Below, in pieces: positions 39,391-49,297 of a stretch of 64,000 bases of DNA; position 1 is the first letter of the stretch, and each line of letters opens with the position of its first letter. A model generated the notes under the pieces. It was not told the origin of the DNA. It worked only from the letters and a program-made list of their open reading frames with translations, and ran no database searches. The DNA is from a virus. The translations under genes were made by a program, and so were the position numbers. Location of the stretch: the IMG/VR virus record IMGVR_UViG_3300025383_000001, positions 2,657 to 66,656 of that record. One strand, given 5' to 3'.

Positions 39391-40299
39391 TTAGGCTCCT
39401 GGGGAACCGAACATACCGAGCGGATCAGACCAGCCGAAGCTGTAACGCTCACGTGACTTGTAACGTACGTTACCGGTGTCAAAGTCGCCGTCCATGCTGT
39501 TCTGTAAAGGAACACGAACGAAGTGCTTCATACCGTTTGGAACGTCAGTAGTCAAGAACCAAGCATTGGTGTCGGTCAAGAAGTGGTTAATTGCATAACC
39601 TTCTGGGATTGAACCGTTGTTTTTCAATGCGTTGATATCGTTGTCGTTAGTACCAACACGCAATTCAGTTTCGAGCAAGCGAGTTGCAACGAACTGGAGA
39701 GCAGGAGGAACAACTAACTTCTTAGGCTTAGCAGCGATCAACAGACCACGCTCATCAGTCCAAGCAGCGATTTGAATAACAGCAGCTTCCAAAGAAGTTT
39801 CGTTCAAATCTGCAGCAACTGCAGGAGTGTTACTGTTAGTACCGCCAGATACCAATGGGTGAGCTGTAGAGAACAATGGAACGCCATCACCACCGTTGTA
39901 ACCAGTTGTGAAGCCGTTGTTCAATACTGAAGCAGCTTTAACTTGCTTGGTATAAGCCATAGCACGAGCTAGTGCTTTAGTGTAACGAGCAGACAAAGAG
40001 TCATACAAGTTATCTTCGATCGCTTCTTCTGTCAAGCTAAAGCCAAGAGCGATAGTTTGATGGTTGTAGCGAGCTGTCCATGCTTCTTGCGCATTATCAT
40101 ACGCAATTGCGGAGCCTTCGTTTTTAACTGGGGCAGCGCTGAAACCAGACAATTTGGTTTCTTCTTCAAAAGAACGCTCAGAAGTCTCTGTTTCATAAAC
40201 TTCTTTATGTTCTTCACCATAGCGAGCATACTCTAATCCGAACAAAGCGTTCAGACCAGGCAAGAGCTCTTTTAGTAGTTGGGCACGAGAAATAGCCAT
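39391..40299 (-). CDS. Major capsid protein
   Basis: MAISRAQLLKELLPGL..EEAIEDNLY..DFDTGNVRYKSRERYSFGWSDP pattern; strong codon bias; followed by terminator. Confidence 0.9.
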   Translation of the reverse strand: MAISRAQLLKELLPGLNALFGLEYARYGEEHKEVYETETSERSFEEETKLSGFSAAPVKNEGSAIAYDNAQEAWTARYNHQTIALGFSLTEEAIEDNLYDSLSARYTKALARAMAYTKQVKAASVLNNGFTTGYNGGDGVPLFSTAHPLVSGGTNSNTPAVAADLNETSLEAAVIQIAAWTDERGLLIAAKPKKLVVPPALQFVATRLLETELRVGTNDNDINALKNNGSIPEGYAINHFLTDTNAWFLTTDVPNGMKHFVRVPLQNSMDGDFDTGNVRYKSRERYSFGWSDPLGMFGSPGA

Positions 40300-40311
40300 T
40301 TAATTAGCTCC

Positions 40312-40938
40312 TTAGACGTAGTTTTGTGCCGCAGTAGCGAGCATCTGTGGGTTGTTCAACTTCACGATAACTTCTGTGAAGGCGTTTGTACCGGTAGCGG
40401 TTTCAGGAACAACAGCGATGCACTTAACTGGCCATGCAGCAGCGTTACCTGTACCTGTTACTGGAGCAACAACTGACAGAGCAGAGTCGCCTGTAGTAGT
40501 AGAACCTGCAGATTGCAAAATAGACAAGTTAGTACCAACAACAGAAGCGTTAGCGGTAGTAATTGTTGTGTTTGCACTGTAAGTAACAGCTACTTTAAAT
40601 GCAGCCATAGGGTCGCTAACAACATAAGCAATAGCAGAAGTCGCAGCAGCATTACCTGGGTAGTACTGAGCTTGAACTGTTTGGTTCTGTGTATTAACGT
40701 ACTGAACACCAATGAATACGCCGTAAGTCAAGTTAGCAGTATTGTCAGTAGTAGAGTCTACGGTTACGTTTGATTTGATGATATTGCCACCTTTGACCAT
40801 AACGATGTCACCGTTGTAAATCGCAGTATTGTATGTACTAGCGATTGGCAGTTGCTGAGTTGCGCCAGCATATGGCATGAAATCAGCACGGTTAACAGGT
40901 ACTAGGCCGTAGGGAGCAGAAACGGTTGGATAAGCCAT
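40312..40938 (-). CDS. Capsid cement / decoration protein
   Basis: APYGLVPV..IYNGD..GVFIG; lies between scaffold-region genes and MCP; AGGAG RBS. Confidence 0.6.
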   Translation of the reverse strand: MAYPTVSAPYGLVPVNRADFMPYAGATQQLPIASTYNTAIYNGDIVMVKGGNIIKSNVTVDSTTDNTANLTYGVFIGVQYVNTQNQTVQAQYYPGNAAATSAIAYVVSDPMAAFKVAVTYSANTTITTANASVVGTNLSILQSAGSTTTGDSALSVVAPVTGTGNAAAWPVKCIAVVPETATGTNAFTEVIVKLNNPQMLATAAQNYV

Positions 40939-40957
40939 TTAATTCTCCTAAGATTAA

Positions 40958-41407
40958 TTATTTACCTTTGCCAAAAGTAACTTCCGAACGACCTTCTTTA
41001 AAGATGGGCATACGGGCGTCGCTTTGGCGCATTAAATTGTTATCTACAGCGTCCGTCTGGGCTTGTGTTTGATTAGCATAATAGTCACTACGCTGTTGCA
41101 CAAACTCTTCTGGGGTTTTGCAGAGTAACAATCCGCCGATCTCAATGTTGTCTTTAAAACGACTTTGAGGGTCGACTAGCATTTGAAACTTGGGTTGTTC
41201 CTCAATCCGGACCGCTTCCCAACCTTCTCTGAGTTTGGCAGAAAGATTACGGGGGTCTGCTTGTCCAAGTGATGAGACACGAATCCAACGATACGCATAT
41301 CCTGCCTGTCTATCTGGCTCAGGCAAGAGCTCAGGGGGTGCCCAATGCTGTGGGCGCTCTACTGTGTTACGAGTATCTAATTCACGGGTCAATCTGTTTT
41401 CAGCCAT
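40958..41407 (-). CDS. Conserved head-module protein
   Basis: YRWIR..REGWE..GGLLLCK; GGAGG RBS before ATG 41407. Confidence 0.65.
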   Translation of the reverse strand: MAENRLTRELDTRNTVERPQHWAPPELLPEPDRQAGYAYRWIRVSSLGQADPRNLSAKLREGWEAVRIEEQPKFQMLVDPQSRFKDNIEIGGLLLCKTPEEFVQQRSDYYANQTQAQTDAVDNNLMRQSDARMPIFKEGRSEVTFGKGK

Positions 41408-42383
41408 TTGAAGCCTCCAATTTTTGTTGTTCACGGGCATACACTTCGGGGGTTAACCCTAATTTTTTGATTAGAGCCATTTGTGACGTTTTCAAACGTA
41501 CCTGTTTGGAGGACGTTGATCTTGTCGCCGGAGCTACAACCGTACTAGGCTTTGCTTTTGCAGGCGCTGTTTGGGGCTCCTTCTCTGGCTCAGCTTGACT
41601 ACCTTCCAGGGTTTCAAAGTACTCTGGGAACTTTTTGCGCATTGTTTTGTCAATGTGCTTGAAATATTGGTCAGTACCGATAACGTTTGTACCATACTCA
41701 TCAATAAGTTCTTCATGTATTCCAACAGCAAAATTAGACATGGCTTTTTTAGCGCCATACCAAGGATTTTGGTCCAACCATTGTTGTGTTTTAGGATCAA
41801 CTTTGGGTTGCTGTTGTGCTACCTGAGGGATTTGTACCTCATTTTCTTCTGATTGTAAAGAAATATTTGGCTTAAATCGTTTTACGTCTTCTAATTTAAT
41901 CTGTGCTTTAGTCAATTCAGTCTGCGCTTCAGCTACTTTTTCAGCGTCTCCAGACTCAATTGCTTCTTTATAAACACGTTTTGCCTCAGAAACAGCCGCT
42001 TTGGCAGCGCTCTTATATGAGTCAGTAAGTTCTTTTGACCCTTTATCGAGCACTTCTTTTAGGCGTTTATTCTCCTCAACGATCTTTTGGGCTAGGGCAA
42101 TAGCTTCTTGACGCTCACGATTAGCTTCATCAGCACGGCGACGCTCGTCGTTCCAGACCTTTTTGTACTGCTTTAGGCGTTCTTTCTGTGCTTTTGCATC
42201 GTCGATCTCTTCATCGTCATCAGCTTCTAGCTTTTTAACGATTTCTTCAGGCATGGGTTTTTGGCCCCTGTCTTCTGGTGGAGTATCGTCTTCAATAATG
42301 ATCTCAAAATCATTATCTTTTGCGTCTGCTTTTGCAGGTATTTCGTCTGGAAATTTAAATTCTTCTTTTTCAAATTCAGCCAT
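41400..42383 (-). CDS. Capsid scaffolding protein
   Basis: Acidic N-terminus, long coiled coil, W..NPW motif, C-terminal KLGLTPEVYA; AGGAGG RBS. Confidence 0.7.
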   Translation of the reverse strand: MAEFEKEEFKFPDEIPAKADAKDNDFEIIIEDDTPPEDRGQKPMPEEIVKKLEADDDEEIDDAKAQKERLKQYKKVWNDERRRADEANRERQEAIALAQKIVEENKRLKEVLDKGSKELTDSYKSAAKAAVSEAKRVYKEAIESGDAEKVAEAQTELTKAQIKLEDVKRFKPNISLQSEENEVQIPQVAQQQPKVDPKTQQWLDQNPWYGAKKAMSNFAVGIHEELIDEYGTNVIGTDQYFKHIDKTMRKKFPEYFETLEGSQAEPEKEPQTAPAKAKPSTVVAPATRSTSSKQVRLKTSQMALIKKLGLTPEVYAREQQKLEASNG

Positions 42384-42394
42384 TTGGGGCCTCC

Positions 42395-42853
42395 TTAAAT
42401 GAATTTACGAGAGATGCCACGTGGGTCTTGGACCACTGCTTCTACCGTATCATCGTTAATAACTCGGAACTCTTTGCCGTGAATAACGACACGAGTACCA
42501 GCGTTTGGACGAACTAAAACAAAGTCTCCTGGTTGGCACCAAGCACCACTTGGGAAACGCTTTTCGTCTTTGTAACAGTCTGGGCCTAATGCAACTACAA
42601 ACAAAACTGTAGTAAGCAACTCGTCCTTTCTGATTAATTCGTCAGGCTTAATTAAGCCACCTTCAAACTCTTTGTCTACATCAGGTACTGCACAAAGAAT
42701 TCTATAGCCAGATGGGAGCGGAAGTTGGCGACCTCTGTCCTCAATTGCTATTTCTTCTTCTTTTGGTTTGATGGAAGGCATTGGGTTGCCTAACGCATCG
42801 GTAATGATAAAGCCTTGATTATCGGGGTTTGAGCCGACAAGGATTTCACTCAT
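42395..42853 (-). CDS. groES: Co-chaperonin GroES-like protein
   Basis: PSGYRIL..GGLI..VVALGP..GDFVL..AGTRV..GKEFRVINDDTVEAVV. Confidence 0.8.
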   Translation of the reverse strand: MSEILVGSNPDNQGFIITDALGNPMPSIKPKEEEIAIEDRGRQLPLPSGYRILCAVPDVDKEFEGGLIKPDELIRKDELLTTVLFVVALGPDCYKDEKRFPSGAWCQPGDFVLVRPNAGTRVVIHGKEFRVINDDTVEAVVQDPRGISRKFI

Positions 42854-43040
42854 CTGAGTTCTCCATTCTATGGTTAAGGTCACTTATTTCCAACTGCGCA
42901 GACAGCAGACCTTTTATCTGTCCACACATAAACTGGTACTCGGCATAGTCTTTGGCTACACCTGCACCTAAACTCTCTTCCAGATGTTTGATCTGTTCAC
43001 CTAGCTTTTTGTGTAGGTGTTCGAGGTATTTATCAATCAT
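42846..43040 (-). CDS. Small conserved protein between portal and GroES
   Basis: DYAEYQFMCGQIKGL; overlapping start/stop codons. Confidence 0.65.
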   Translation of the reverse strand: MIDKYLEHLHKKLGEQIKHLEESLGAGVAKDYAEYQFMCGQIKGLLSAQLEISDLNHRMENSDE

Positions 43041-45535
43041 TCTTCAGTTTTCTCCGTTGGCGCTTTTTTCTCTTGTGCACGCATTTGGTCTTTAGTTTTG
43101 GCTATATCGACCCCAATACGAACCCCTTCCATATGCTGTTTAGCATGTAGATTCATCTTGTCTGCTTTTGATTTAGCGCCAATTTGCATGCCAGCAATTT
43201 CTTTTTGTGCTGCAATACGCATCTTCTCAATCTCAATTTGGTCCGCTTTAGCCGCTGCATCCGCCTGCATTTTGGCTTTCTTGATCGCAACATCTTGTGC
43301 TTTGATCTGCAATTCTTGCTGTTGCATTTGGATAATTGGGTCTTGTTGCGCTTGTTGGGCTTGCTTAGCGGCCATCTCTTGTGTATCACGCTGCAGAATA
43401 ATTTGTGATGCTTGCGCAGCCATTTGAGAAATGCGTACTTCAATCTCAGGAGGAATACCAACTTGGCTATTCTCGTCTTCTTGGTCTGGATGGAACGGTA
43501 AATCAACGCCCATAGCTGTTTCCATTTGCTTGCGATACTCATAAGCAATATGCTCATTAATATGTGCTTGCATAGCAGCTTGCATTTGCTGTGCGTTAGG
43601 GTTTTGCCCAACTAACTGCATGATCTTAGGGTCTTGCATAGCAGACATATGTACTTGGATATGAGCCTGATGGTCTTGATACAAGAAAGCCTTGACTGGT
43701 TTTAACATGAGAATGTTTTGGTTCTCAGTAATTGGGTCTTGTGGCTTCATGTCTTCTGGCAGCGCTACTAACTGATTAGCGTTCTTAATGCCAAGCACAT
43801 CTAACATCTGACGATGCAACTTAGGTAAGTTGTAGATTTGTGGTGCGCCTTGAGCTAGCTGCAATACAGCTTGGTATTGCGTAATCTTCTGTGCCATTGT
43901 TGCGGCATTTGGATCACTAACTGGAATAACATCAACGTTATCGTAGTCAGAACGTTTAGCATTTGGGCGGCCTTCTACTGGCTCGTAGGTATAGGAATCT
44001 GGAGTGTAATCACGAATGATGTCCCGAAGTAACCGAAGCTCCTCTTTAAATGAGTAGTGGATGCGGGCTTGTACAGCGGACATTACTTTTAATGTACGCT
44101 CCAGAATTGCTAGTGTTGTTCCAACAGGCGCCTGTGCGCTCATGTCAGATATCTGTAAGTCGGCAGCCGAAGCGAAGCGGCGGCCTTCCTCAATAATCTT
44201 ATCCATTAGAGCAGCCAATGTTTGGCTTGGCTCTTTGTATGGCAATGGCAAGAAGTTGTCACGCATTGTACCGGCAGGTACGTCTACGTCTCTCCACTCA
44301 CCTGGGGCTATCGGTGTGTCGTCACCCTTGACTCGCATGCCACGGGCCTTAAAGCCACCTGGCAGATTTGCAAGTGACCCTGCATCAACAAGTTGGCGAA
44401 GTATGGAAGTGCCAGATTTAGCAAAAGCGCCGATAAGATGGATGAGACCAAAACAGTAGAAACCAAAACCGGGAATATACCCGTAGTGAACAAAGTGCGA
44501 ACGTTTCTTCTTGTGCTCATCTTCTGGCCTCCAGTTACGGCGGATAGCTAAAACTTTGCTAGTCGCTTTTTCTATGGTCACGATGTATGGCAATGCAATT
44601 CCTGTCGGCTTGCCTTTATCATCAACATCTTCATACCCAGGCAGATCTAAATCAACCTGCATTTCAAGAATCTTATAGCGGTCATCGACGGTAGCCCTAA
44701 AGCCCATCTTCTCAGCAATCTTCTTCTCTACTTCGTCAAATGTATCTACTGGCTCGCCAAGGTCAACATCTAGCCAGAATCCTGCATACATTAGTTTCTT
44801 AACTTCATTCTCTGTCTTGCGCATCACGTGGGTAACACGTGGGCTAGACTCTAAATTAGATGCGCCATATGGCACAACCAAATCTTCTGCTGGCACAAAC
44901 AGGGATACCTGACGGCCAATACTTGGGTCGTAATACACTTTCTTAAATGCGTTACCAGATAAACCCAAGCCCCATAACATGCGCTCATGCTCAGGGCGGA
45001 ACTCTTTCATCTTCTCAGTTAATTGGTAGTTCATGTCATCAGCGACACGCTCAGCAGCATCTTTCTTGTCCTGAGTTTCTTTACCAATAATTACTGTTTT
45101 AACTGGACCGGCTGCTGGGAACGTCTCCATAATAGTCTCAGCCTGGAAACGAACTAAGGTCTCAGACAATAGTGGGTGATACACACCACATGCGCCTTCC
45201 CAAGGTTCAGTACGCTCTTCGATCTGCATACCCAATAACTGTAGACCGTCAACATAAGTCTGCATCCAGTCTTTGCGTGAGCTGACGTCTTCGTCAAAGT
45301 CACCAATCAAATCATTAGCTAACTCTGACAGCTCACTGTCTGACATGTACTCGGCTAGGTTATCGTCAAAGCCCTCTTCGTCTTCTTCGCCCTTTTCCAT
45401 CTTCATGATCGGTTGGCCATCAACGCCAATCTCAACAGACTCTGGGTCCTCGATGGTGATATCTAACTCATGCTCTTCTTGAGCAGCATCGTCCATACCT
45501 GAAGGGGCTGCGTATAAACCTTTTTCAATTGCCAT
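43037..45535 (-). CDS. Portal protein
   Basis: 832 aa directly after TerL; PWEGA, GNAFKKVYYD, APVGTT motifs; Gln-rich C-terminal barrel as in P22-type portals. Confidence 0.88.
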   Translation of the reverse strand: MAIEKGLYAAPSGMDDAAQEEHELDITIEDPESVEIGVDGQPIMKMEKGEEDEEGFDDNLAEYMSDSELSELANDLIGDFDEDVSSRKDWMQTYVDGLQLLGMQIEERTEPWEGACGVYHPLLSETLVRFQAETIMETFPAAGPVKTVIIGKETQDKKDAAERVADDMNYQLTEKMKEFRPEHERMLWGLGLSGNAFKKVYYDPSIGRQVSLFVPAEDLVVPYGASNLESSPRVTHVMRKTENEVKKLMYAGFWLDVDLGEPVDTFDEVEKKIAEKMGFRATVDDRYKILEMQVDLDLPGYEDVDDKGKPTGIALPYIVTIEKATSKVLAIRRNWRPEDEHKKKRSHFVHYGYIPGFGFYCFGLIHLIGAFAKSGTSILRQLVDAGSLANLPGGFKARGMRVKGDDTPIAPGEWRDVDVPAGTMRDNFLPLPYKEPSQTLAALMDKIIEEGRRFASAADLQISDMSAQAPVGTTLAILERTLKVMSAVQARIHYSFKEELRLLRDIIRDYTPDSYTYEPVEGRPNAKRSDYDNVDVIPVSDPNAATMAQKITQYQAVLQLAQGAPQIYNLPKLHRQMLDVLGIKNANQLVALPEDMKPQDPITENQNILMLKPVKAFLYQDHQAHIQVHMSAMQDPKIMQLVGQNPNAQQMQAAMQAHINEHIAYEYRKQMETAMGVDLPFHPDQEDENSQVGIPPEIEVRISQMAAQASQIILQRDTQEMAAKQAQQAQQDPIIQMQQQELQIKAQDVAIKKAKMQADAAAKADQIEIEKMRIAAQKEIAGMQIGAKSKADKMNLHAKQHMEGVRIGVDIAKTKDQMRAQEKKAPTEKTEE

Positions 45536-45543
45536 AATTTACC

Positions 45544-47103
45544 TTACACGTTGTAGTAGCCCTTACCTCGGCTACTTCTAAATCCTCGAACCTCGTCTTC
45601 TTCATCAGAATCGAGTTGAATAAAACCACCTCGTCTAAATCGCAATAACGCCTGGCTCATTGAGTCAACTAAGTCATCGTGCTCACCTGATGGGAAACTT
45701 GCCACTTCTTCCACCAATTCTTCTGCCCAATGAGTATTAGGTACCCATACTCTACCACTAGCAAATATATCTGCTACTGCATTTAGCCTCGCAATTTTAT
45801 CATTACCTTTGCTCGGAACATACTCCTGAACGGGTATTCCCATAGCTCGTAACTCAAAAACCAGAGGAGCACCCGATGCTTTTGCTTCAACAATCAAGCA
45901 ATCTGGCTGCCACTCTTTATAGTCATCATACGCCTTTTGTTTTAATTCTGGAAACTCCATGCGTTGCTTGAACGAATTTAGCAAAATAATGTTAGGTACA
46001 GACAAGCCACGGGAGTTCTCCTGATAGAACACACCCCATGTCGTGCAAGCGCAATAGTCGGACCGCTGGGTTTTTAGGAAGGCCGTATCCCAAGACTGGA
46101 TAGTAAACTCACAAAACGGTGGGTCATCATGCTCCCATATTTGCCACCACTCACGCTTAATAATCGCCGATACATCTGATGTCGGCTGCTGCATATACTG
46201 AGCCATCCACTTGCCATTAGGCAATTCAGTACGCAGTGCTTCTAATTCAGTTAGCTTCCAGAACTGTGGCCATAGCGGGCCACCATCGGGCAAAATTGCA
46301 GGAAATTCAATGACTTCCCACTGCTCACCGCTTCTGTTTTGTGCTGCTTTGACTACTTGCCCGGTCAAATCTTTCTTTGACCAGCGTGTCATAACTATAA
46401 TAATTGCGCCACCTGGCTGTAGACGCTGACGTGGACCAGAGGTGTACCACTCGTATGTCTTATCGTAAATCTCAGGGTTGTTCTCGCTTAGGGCTGCTTC
46501 TTGTTCTGAGTGGGGGTCGTCAATAATGAGGATATCTGCGCCCTTACCCGTAACTGCGCCTCCCACACCGATAGCAAAATAGTCTCCCCCTTGGTTAGTT
46601 GCCCAGCGCCCAGCAGCTTTAGAGTCAGCCTGTAGTCCAACTCCTGGGAAGATAGACTTATAAACGTCGGAATCCACAAGATTACGGACTTTACGTCCAA
46701 AACCCACCGCCAACTCCGCCGTATGAGACGTCTGAATGACTTTCTTCTTAGGGAATTTTCCAAGGAACCAAGCAGGTAACAAGTAAGAAGCAAATTCAGA
46801 CTTAGTATGCCGAGGAGGCATATTAATAATAAGTCGTTTAATCTGTCCATTTGCTACCCTTTCAAATGCGTCTGCCATTTCGTTGTGATGTGCGCCATCA
46901 ATGAAGTCAGGCCACACCCTATGGACAAAATCCATGAATTTTTCCTGACAATTCTCCTTTTGTACTGCGTCTACTGTCGTATCTAGTTGATCTTTAAGGC
47001 TTCTTAGCTGCGCATCAGTCAAAGAATCAATATTATCTAGTAAATATTGTAGTTCTTGTTGTCCCAATTTGGGACTGTCGGCCTTACTCGTCTGTTTCTG
47101 CAT
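45544..47103 (-). CDS. terL: Terminase large subunit
   Basis: INMPPRHTKS Walker A variant, LIIDDP Walker B, MTRW, QSWDTA nuclease, HDDLVDS. Confidence 0.95.
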   Translation of the reverse strand: MQKQTSKADSPKLGQQELQYLLDNIDSLTDAQLRSLKDQLDTTVDAVQKENCQEKFMDFVHRVWPDFIDGAHHNEMADAFERVANGQIKRLIINMPPRHTKSEFASYLLPAWFLGKFPKKKVIQTSHTAELAVGFGRKVRNLVDSDVYKSIFPGVGLQADSKAAGRWATNQGGDYFAIGVGGAVTGKGADILIIDDPHSEQEAALSENNPEIYDKTYEWYTSGPRQRLQPGGAIIIVMTRWSKKDLTGQVVKAAQNRSGEQWEVIEFPAILPDGGPLWPQFWKLTELEALRTELPNGKWMAQYMQQPTSDVSAIIKREWWQIWEHDDPPFCEFTIQSWDTAFLKTQRSDYCACTTWGVFYQENSRGLSVPNIILLNSFKQRMEFPELKQKAYDDYKEWQPDCLIVEAKASGAPLVFELRAMGIPVQEYVPSKGNDKIARLNAVADIFASGRVWVPNTHWAEELVEEVASFPSGEHDDLVDSMSQALLRFRRGGFIQLDSDEEDEVRGFRSSRGKGYYNV

Positions 47104-47701
47104 CTTTTATCTCTACTGCTTCCACGTCTGTGACGTGTTTTAGCTGATCTAAACGAGATTCAGTCTTGGTTTTTGCGTTAATTGTGGTCGCCTGCATCAA
47201 TTGTGTGATGCGTTCTTTAATAGCGGCCTTTAATTCATCAGAAGTTTGGTGTGTAATTGTGATTTCTGAGCGTTCTGTGAACAAATCTGACGCTTTTCCG
47301 AGTAATTCGAGCGCTTTTAGTGCTGTTTTGTTATCTTCGTCCTGACTAATCTCCATTAGTCGGTTCATTACAATCGTGCGAACCTGTATTTTGTCCGCAA
47401 CAATTTGTTTTTCATACTCAGATATGTAACCACCTAGCTTATATGCTACGCCTGGATTAGTTAGAGCGTTCTCCGTGCTGTCCGCTTTCTTTGCTGTCTC
47501 TTTAACAGCGCCCATTTTTTCAAACATCTGCTTAGCAGCTTCGTCTTCTTCGGGTGTATAGGACATGTCTGCGCCGAGCTCAGCTAAAAGCAGTGCAGTA
47601 TTGCCAGCGACTTTTGCACGCTGCTCAAATGTCTGGCCTTTTTCTGGGTAGGCTAGATCGGGTACGGGTTTGTCGAGGTTTGGCTCGATTGGTATTTGCA
47701 T
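47084..47701 (-). CDS. Terminase small subunit (putative)
   Basis: Immediately upstream of TerL; LKALELLGK..LFTER helical motif. Confidence 0.65.
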   Translation of the reverse strand: MQIPIEPNLDKPVPDLAYPEKGQTFEQRAKVAGNTALLLAELGADMSYTPEEDEAAKQMFEKMGAVKETAKKADSTENALTNPGVAYKLGGYISEYEKQIVADKIQVRTIVMNRLMEISQDEDNKTALKALELLGKASDLFTERSEITITHQTSDELKAAIKERITQLMQATTINAKTKTESRLDQLKHVTDVEAVEIKDAETDE

Positions 47702-47811
47702 AGACCTGGTTTGGTAGGTTATATGCTGCCGACTATACCACAAAATGAAAATGGGGTACTACTAGAACCAATGTATGTGAAGCATTAAGAAACCTAGTTT
47801 CCCCCACCAAG

Positions 47812-47934
47812 TTATTTTACTTTGAAAAACTCTTTAATACTAGATAGCACTGACTGAACCCAGAACTCATTGATCTGCTGGTAATGCTTAGCCATCTGCT
47901 CTACTTTTTTGTATTGCTCTTCAAATGAAAACAT
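47812..47934 (-). CDS. 40-aa amphipathic peptide (phasin-like?); absent from the ORF track
   Basis: MFSFEEQYKKVEQMAKHYQQINEFWVQSVLSSIKEFFKVK; strong TAAGGAGA RBS. Confidence 0.65.
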   Translation of the reverse strand: MFSFEEQYKKVEQMAKHYQQINEFWVQSVLSSIKEFFKVK

Positions 47935-47952
47935 AATTTTCTCCTTAAGTTT

Positions 47953-47983
47953 TGCTGCAATGCAGCATAAAAGAATTCTATCA
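47953..47983 (-). promoter_or_regulatory. Extended -10 promoter with palindromic operator TGCTGC-N3-GCAGCA over the predicted start site
   Basis: Minus strand TG-A-TAGAAT (47983-47975); palindrome at 47953-47967. Confidence 0.55.
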
Positions 47984-48272
47984 CAAAAATATTATTGGGG
48001 GTATGGCACCAAATAAAAAAGGTATGGGGGGTGTTTTCTAGGATTAAATTAACAACATGTTGTCAGGAGATTAAGGCCCCCCTATGCACAAGAATAGATT
48101 GGGGTTAGTTGGTACTTATTGCCGGTTTTTAAATTTACATAATCTATTGTGCACATTATTGTGTATAGGTGTTGCCAGGGTCCTCTTTACCCTATCTTGG
48201 GGGCTGGGGGTAGGTAGGGTTCATATAACCAGCATTTAAAGCCCCTGGGAGCAGGTTTTATTAGACAGATAG

Positions 48273-48333
48273 TTTACTGCTGGGATTTGTCCTGGTGTAT
48301 AATGTACTTACCAGGTAGCAAGGTGTTACCTGG
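48273..48333 (+). promoter_or_regulatory. Promoter (TATAAT 48298-48303) followed by inverted repeat CCAGGTAGCA-AGG-TGTTACCTGG
   Basis: Perfect -10, weak -35 (TTTACT); 10-bp-arm palindrome right after the predicted +1. Confidence 0.5.
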
Positions 48334-48365
48334 ATTTAACCTAACCTTAAATGGGAGATTGTAAA

Positions 48366-48989
48366 ATGGAAAATACTTTCCAATTATCAGAAGTACAAAA
48401 CGACATGTTCACCAATATTGGCGTAACATTCGCAGTAGCTGAACTAGATGCTGATGCAGCACTGGAAGATTTTGCCAGGGCAGTAACAGTAAAGAATGAC
48501 CAGGGAGAGGATGTCGCATCCTATGATTTATGGGAATCAGGCATGGCAGTAGTGAAACAGGCTTATGCTGGTAAGAAAGGTGTAACCCTGGATTCAGATA
48601 CTATCAAGTCTATGGTTAAACGATTCTATCGTCGCCTGGAAGAGATGTATGGTTTAACTAAGCCAGCTAAGCCCAGCGCTGAAGGTCAGAAAAAAGCAGC
48701 GCAGCGCACAAAAGCCCAGGCAGCATTAGATGAACTCAAGTCTAAATCTTATGATGAACTCCAAGAAGAGATGGCTAATCTATTGGCTAAGCCCAGTACT
48801 GAAACCCTTGCTGCTGCTGGTAAGATCGCCAAGGCTATCAAGGCTAAAGAAAAGGATGATGTTAAAGACCGTATGACTGAGATCAAGGCTAAGCAAGCCG
48901 AAGTAGCTAAGCTAGCTAAACAATGCCTGGTGGAAGATATCCTGGAAGAATGCCTGGAGCTCTTAGCCGCTAACATCACTATTCAATAA
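48366..48989 (+). CDS. Early hypothetical protein, paralogue A
   Basis: GGGAGA RBS; shares KKAxQRxKA..SKSxxELxxEMANLLAxP with 49923-50501. Confidence 0.75.
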   Translation: MENTFQLSEVQNDMFTNIGVTFAVAELDADAALEDFARAVTVKNDQGEDVASYDLWESGMAVVKQAYAGKKGVTLDSDTIKSMVKRFYRRLEEMYGLTKPAKPSAEGQKKAAQRTKAQAALDELKSKSYDELQEEMANLLAKPSTETLAAAGKIAKAIKAKEKDDVKDRMTEIKAKQAEVAKLAKQCLVEDILEECLELLAANITIQ

Positions 48990-49035
48990 CCTATAACCAA
49001 GAAAGGATGCCCAGGGAAACCTGGGTATTTTAATT

Positions 49036-49272
49036 ATGCCTAGTTTAATTCTCAGTCCGGCCTATGGCCGGGATTATAAATCGAAGGCCGAAGTACTGTC
49101 GGCTTTCAATTCTGAAAAGGATTTTATTATCAATTCAGTAATGCCTGGTTATGCTGGTCTATATTGTAGTAAGCGGGATTTGTCCAGCTTTATTCGAGAT
49201 GGGTTTACTCATATTGAAATTAGATACCGCAAAATGACCATGTGCATTTTCCTGGATATACGCAAACTATAA
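49036..49272 (+). CDS. Small early protein
   Basis: LSPAYGRDYKSK..KDF..IRY pattern. Confidence 0.65.
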   Translation: MPSLILSPAYGRDYKSKAEVLSAFNSEKDFIINSVMPGYAGLYCSKRDLSSFIRDGFTHIEIRYRKMTMCIFLDIRKL

Positions 49273-49297
49273 CCAGGCAGCACCCAGTAGCACTAAG

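Noticed and set aside
9287-46850. Numerous short antisense or alternate-frame ORFs over the structural genes
   Set aside because: Shadow ORFs of long, codon-biased genes with no RBS or recognisable motifs; only the Rz1 overlap has positive evidence
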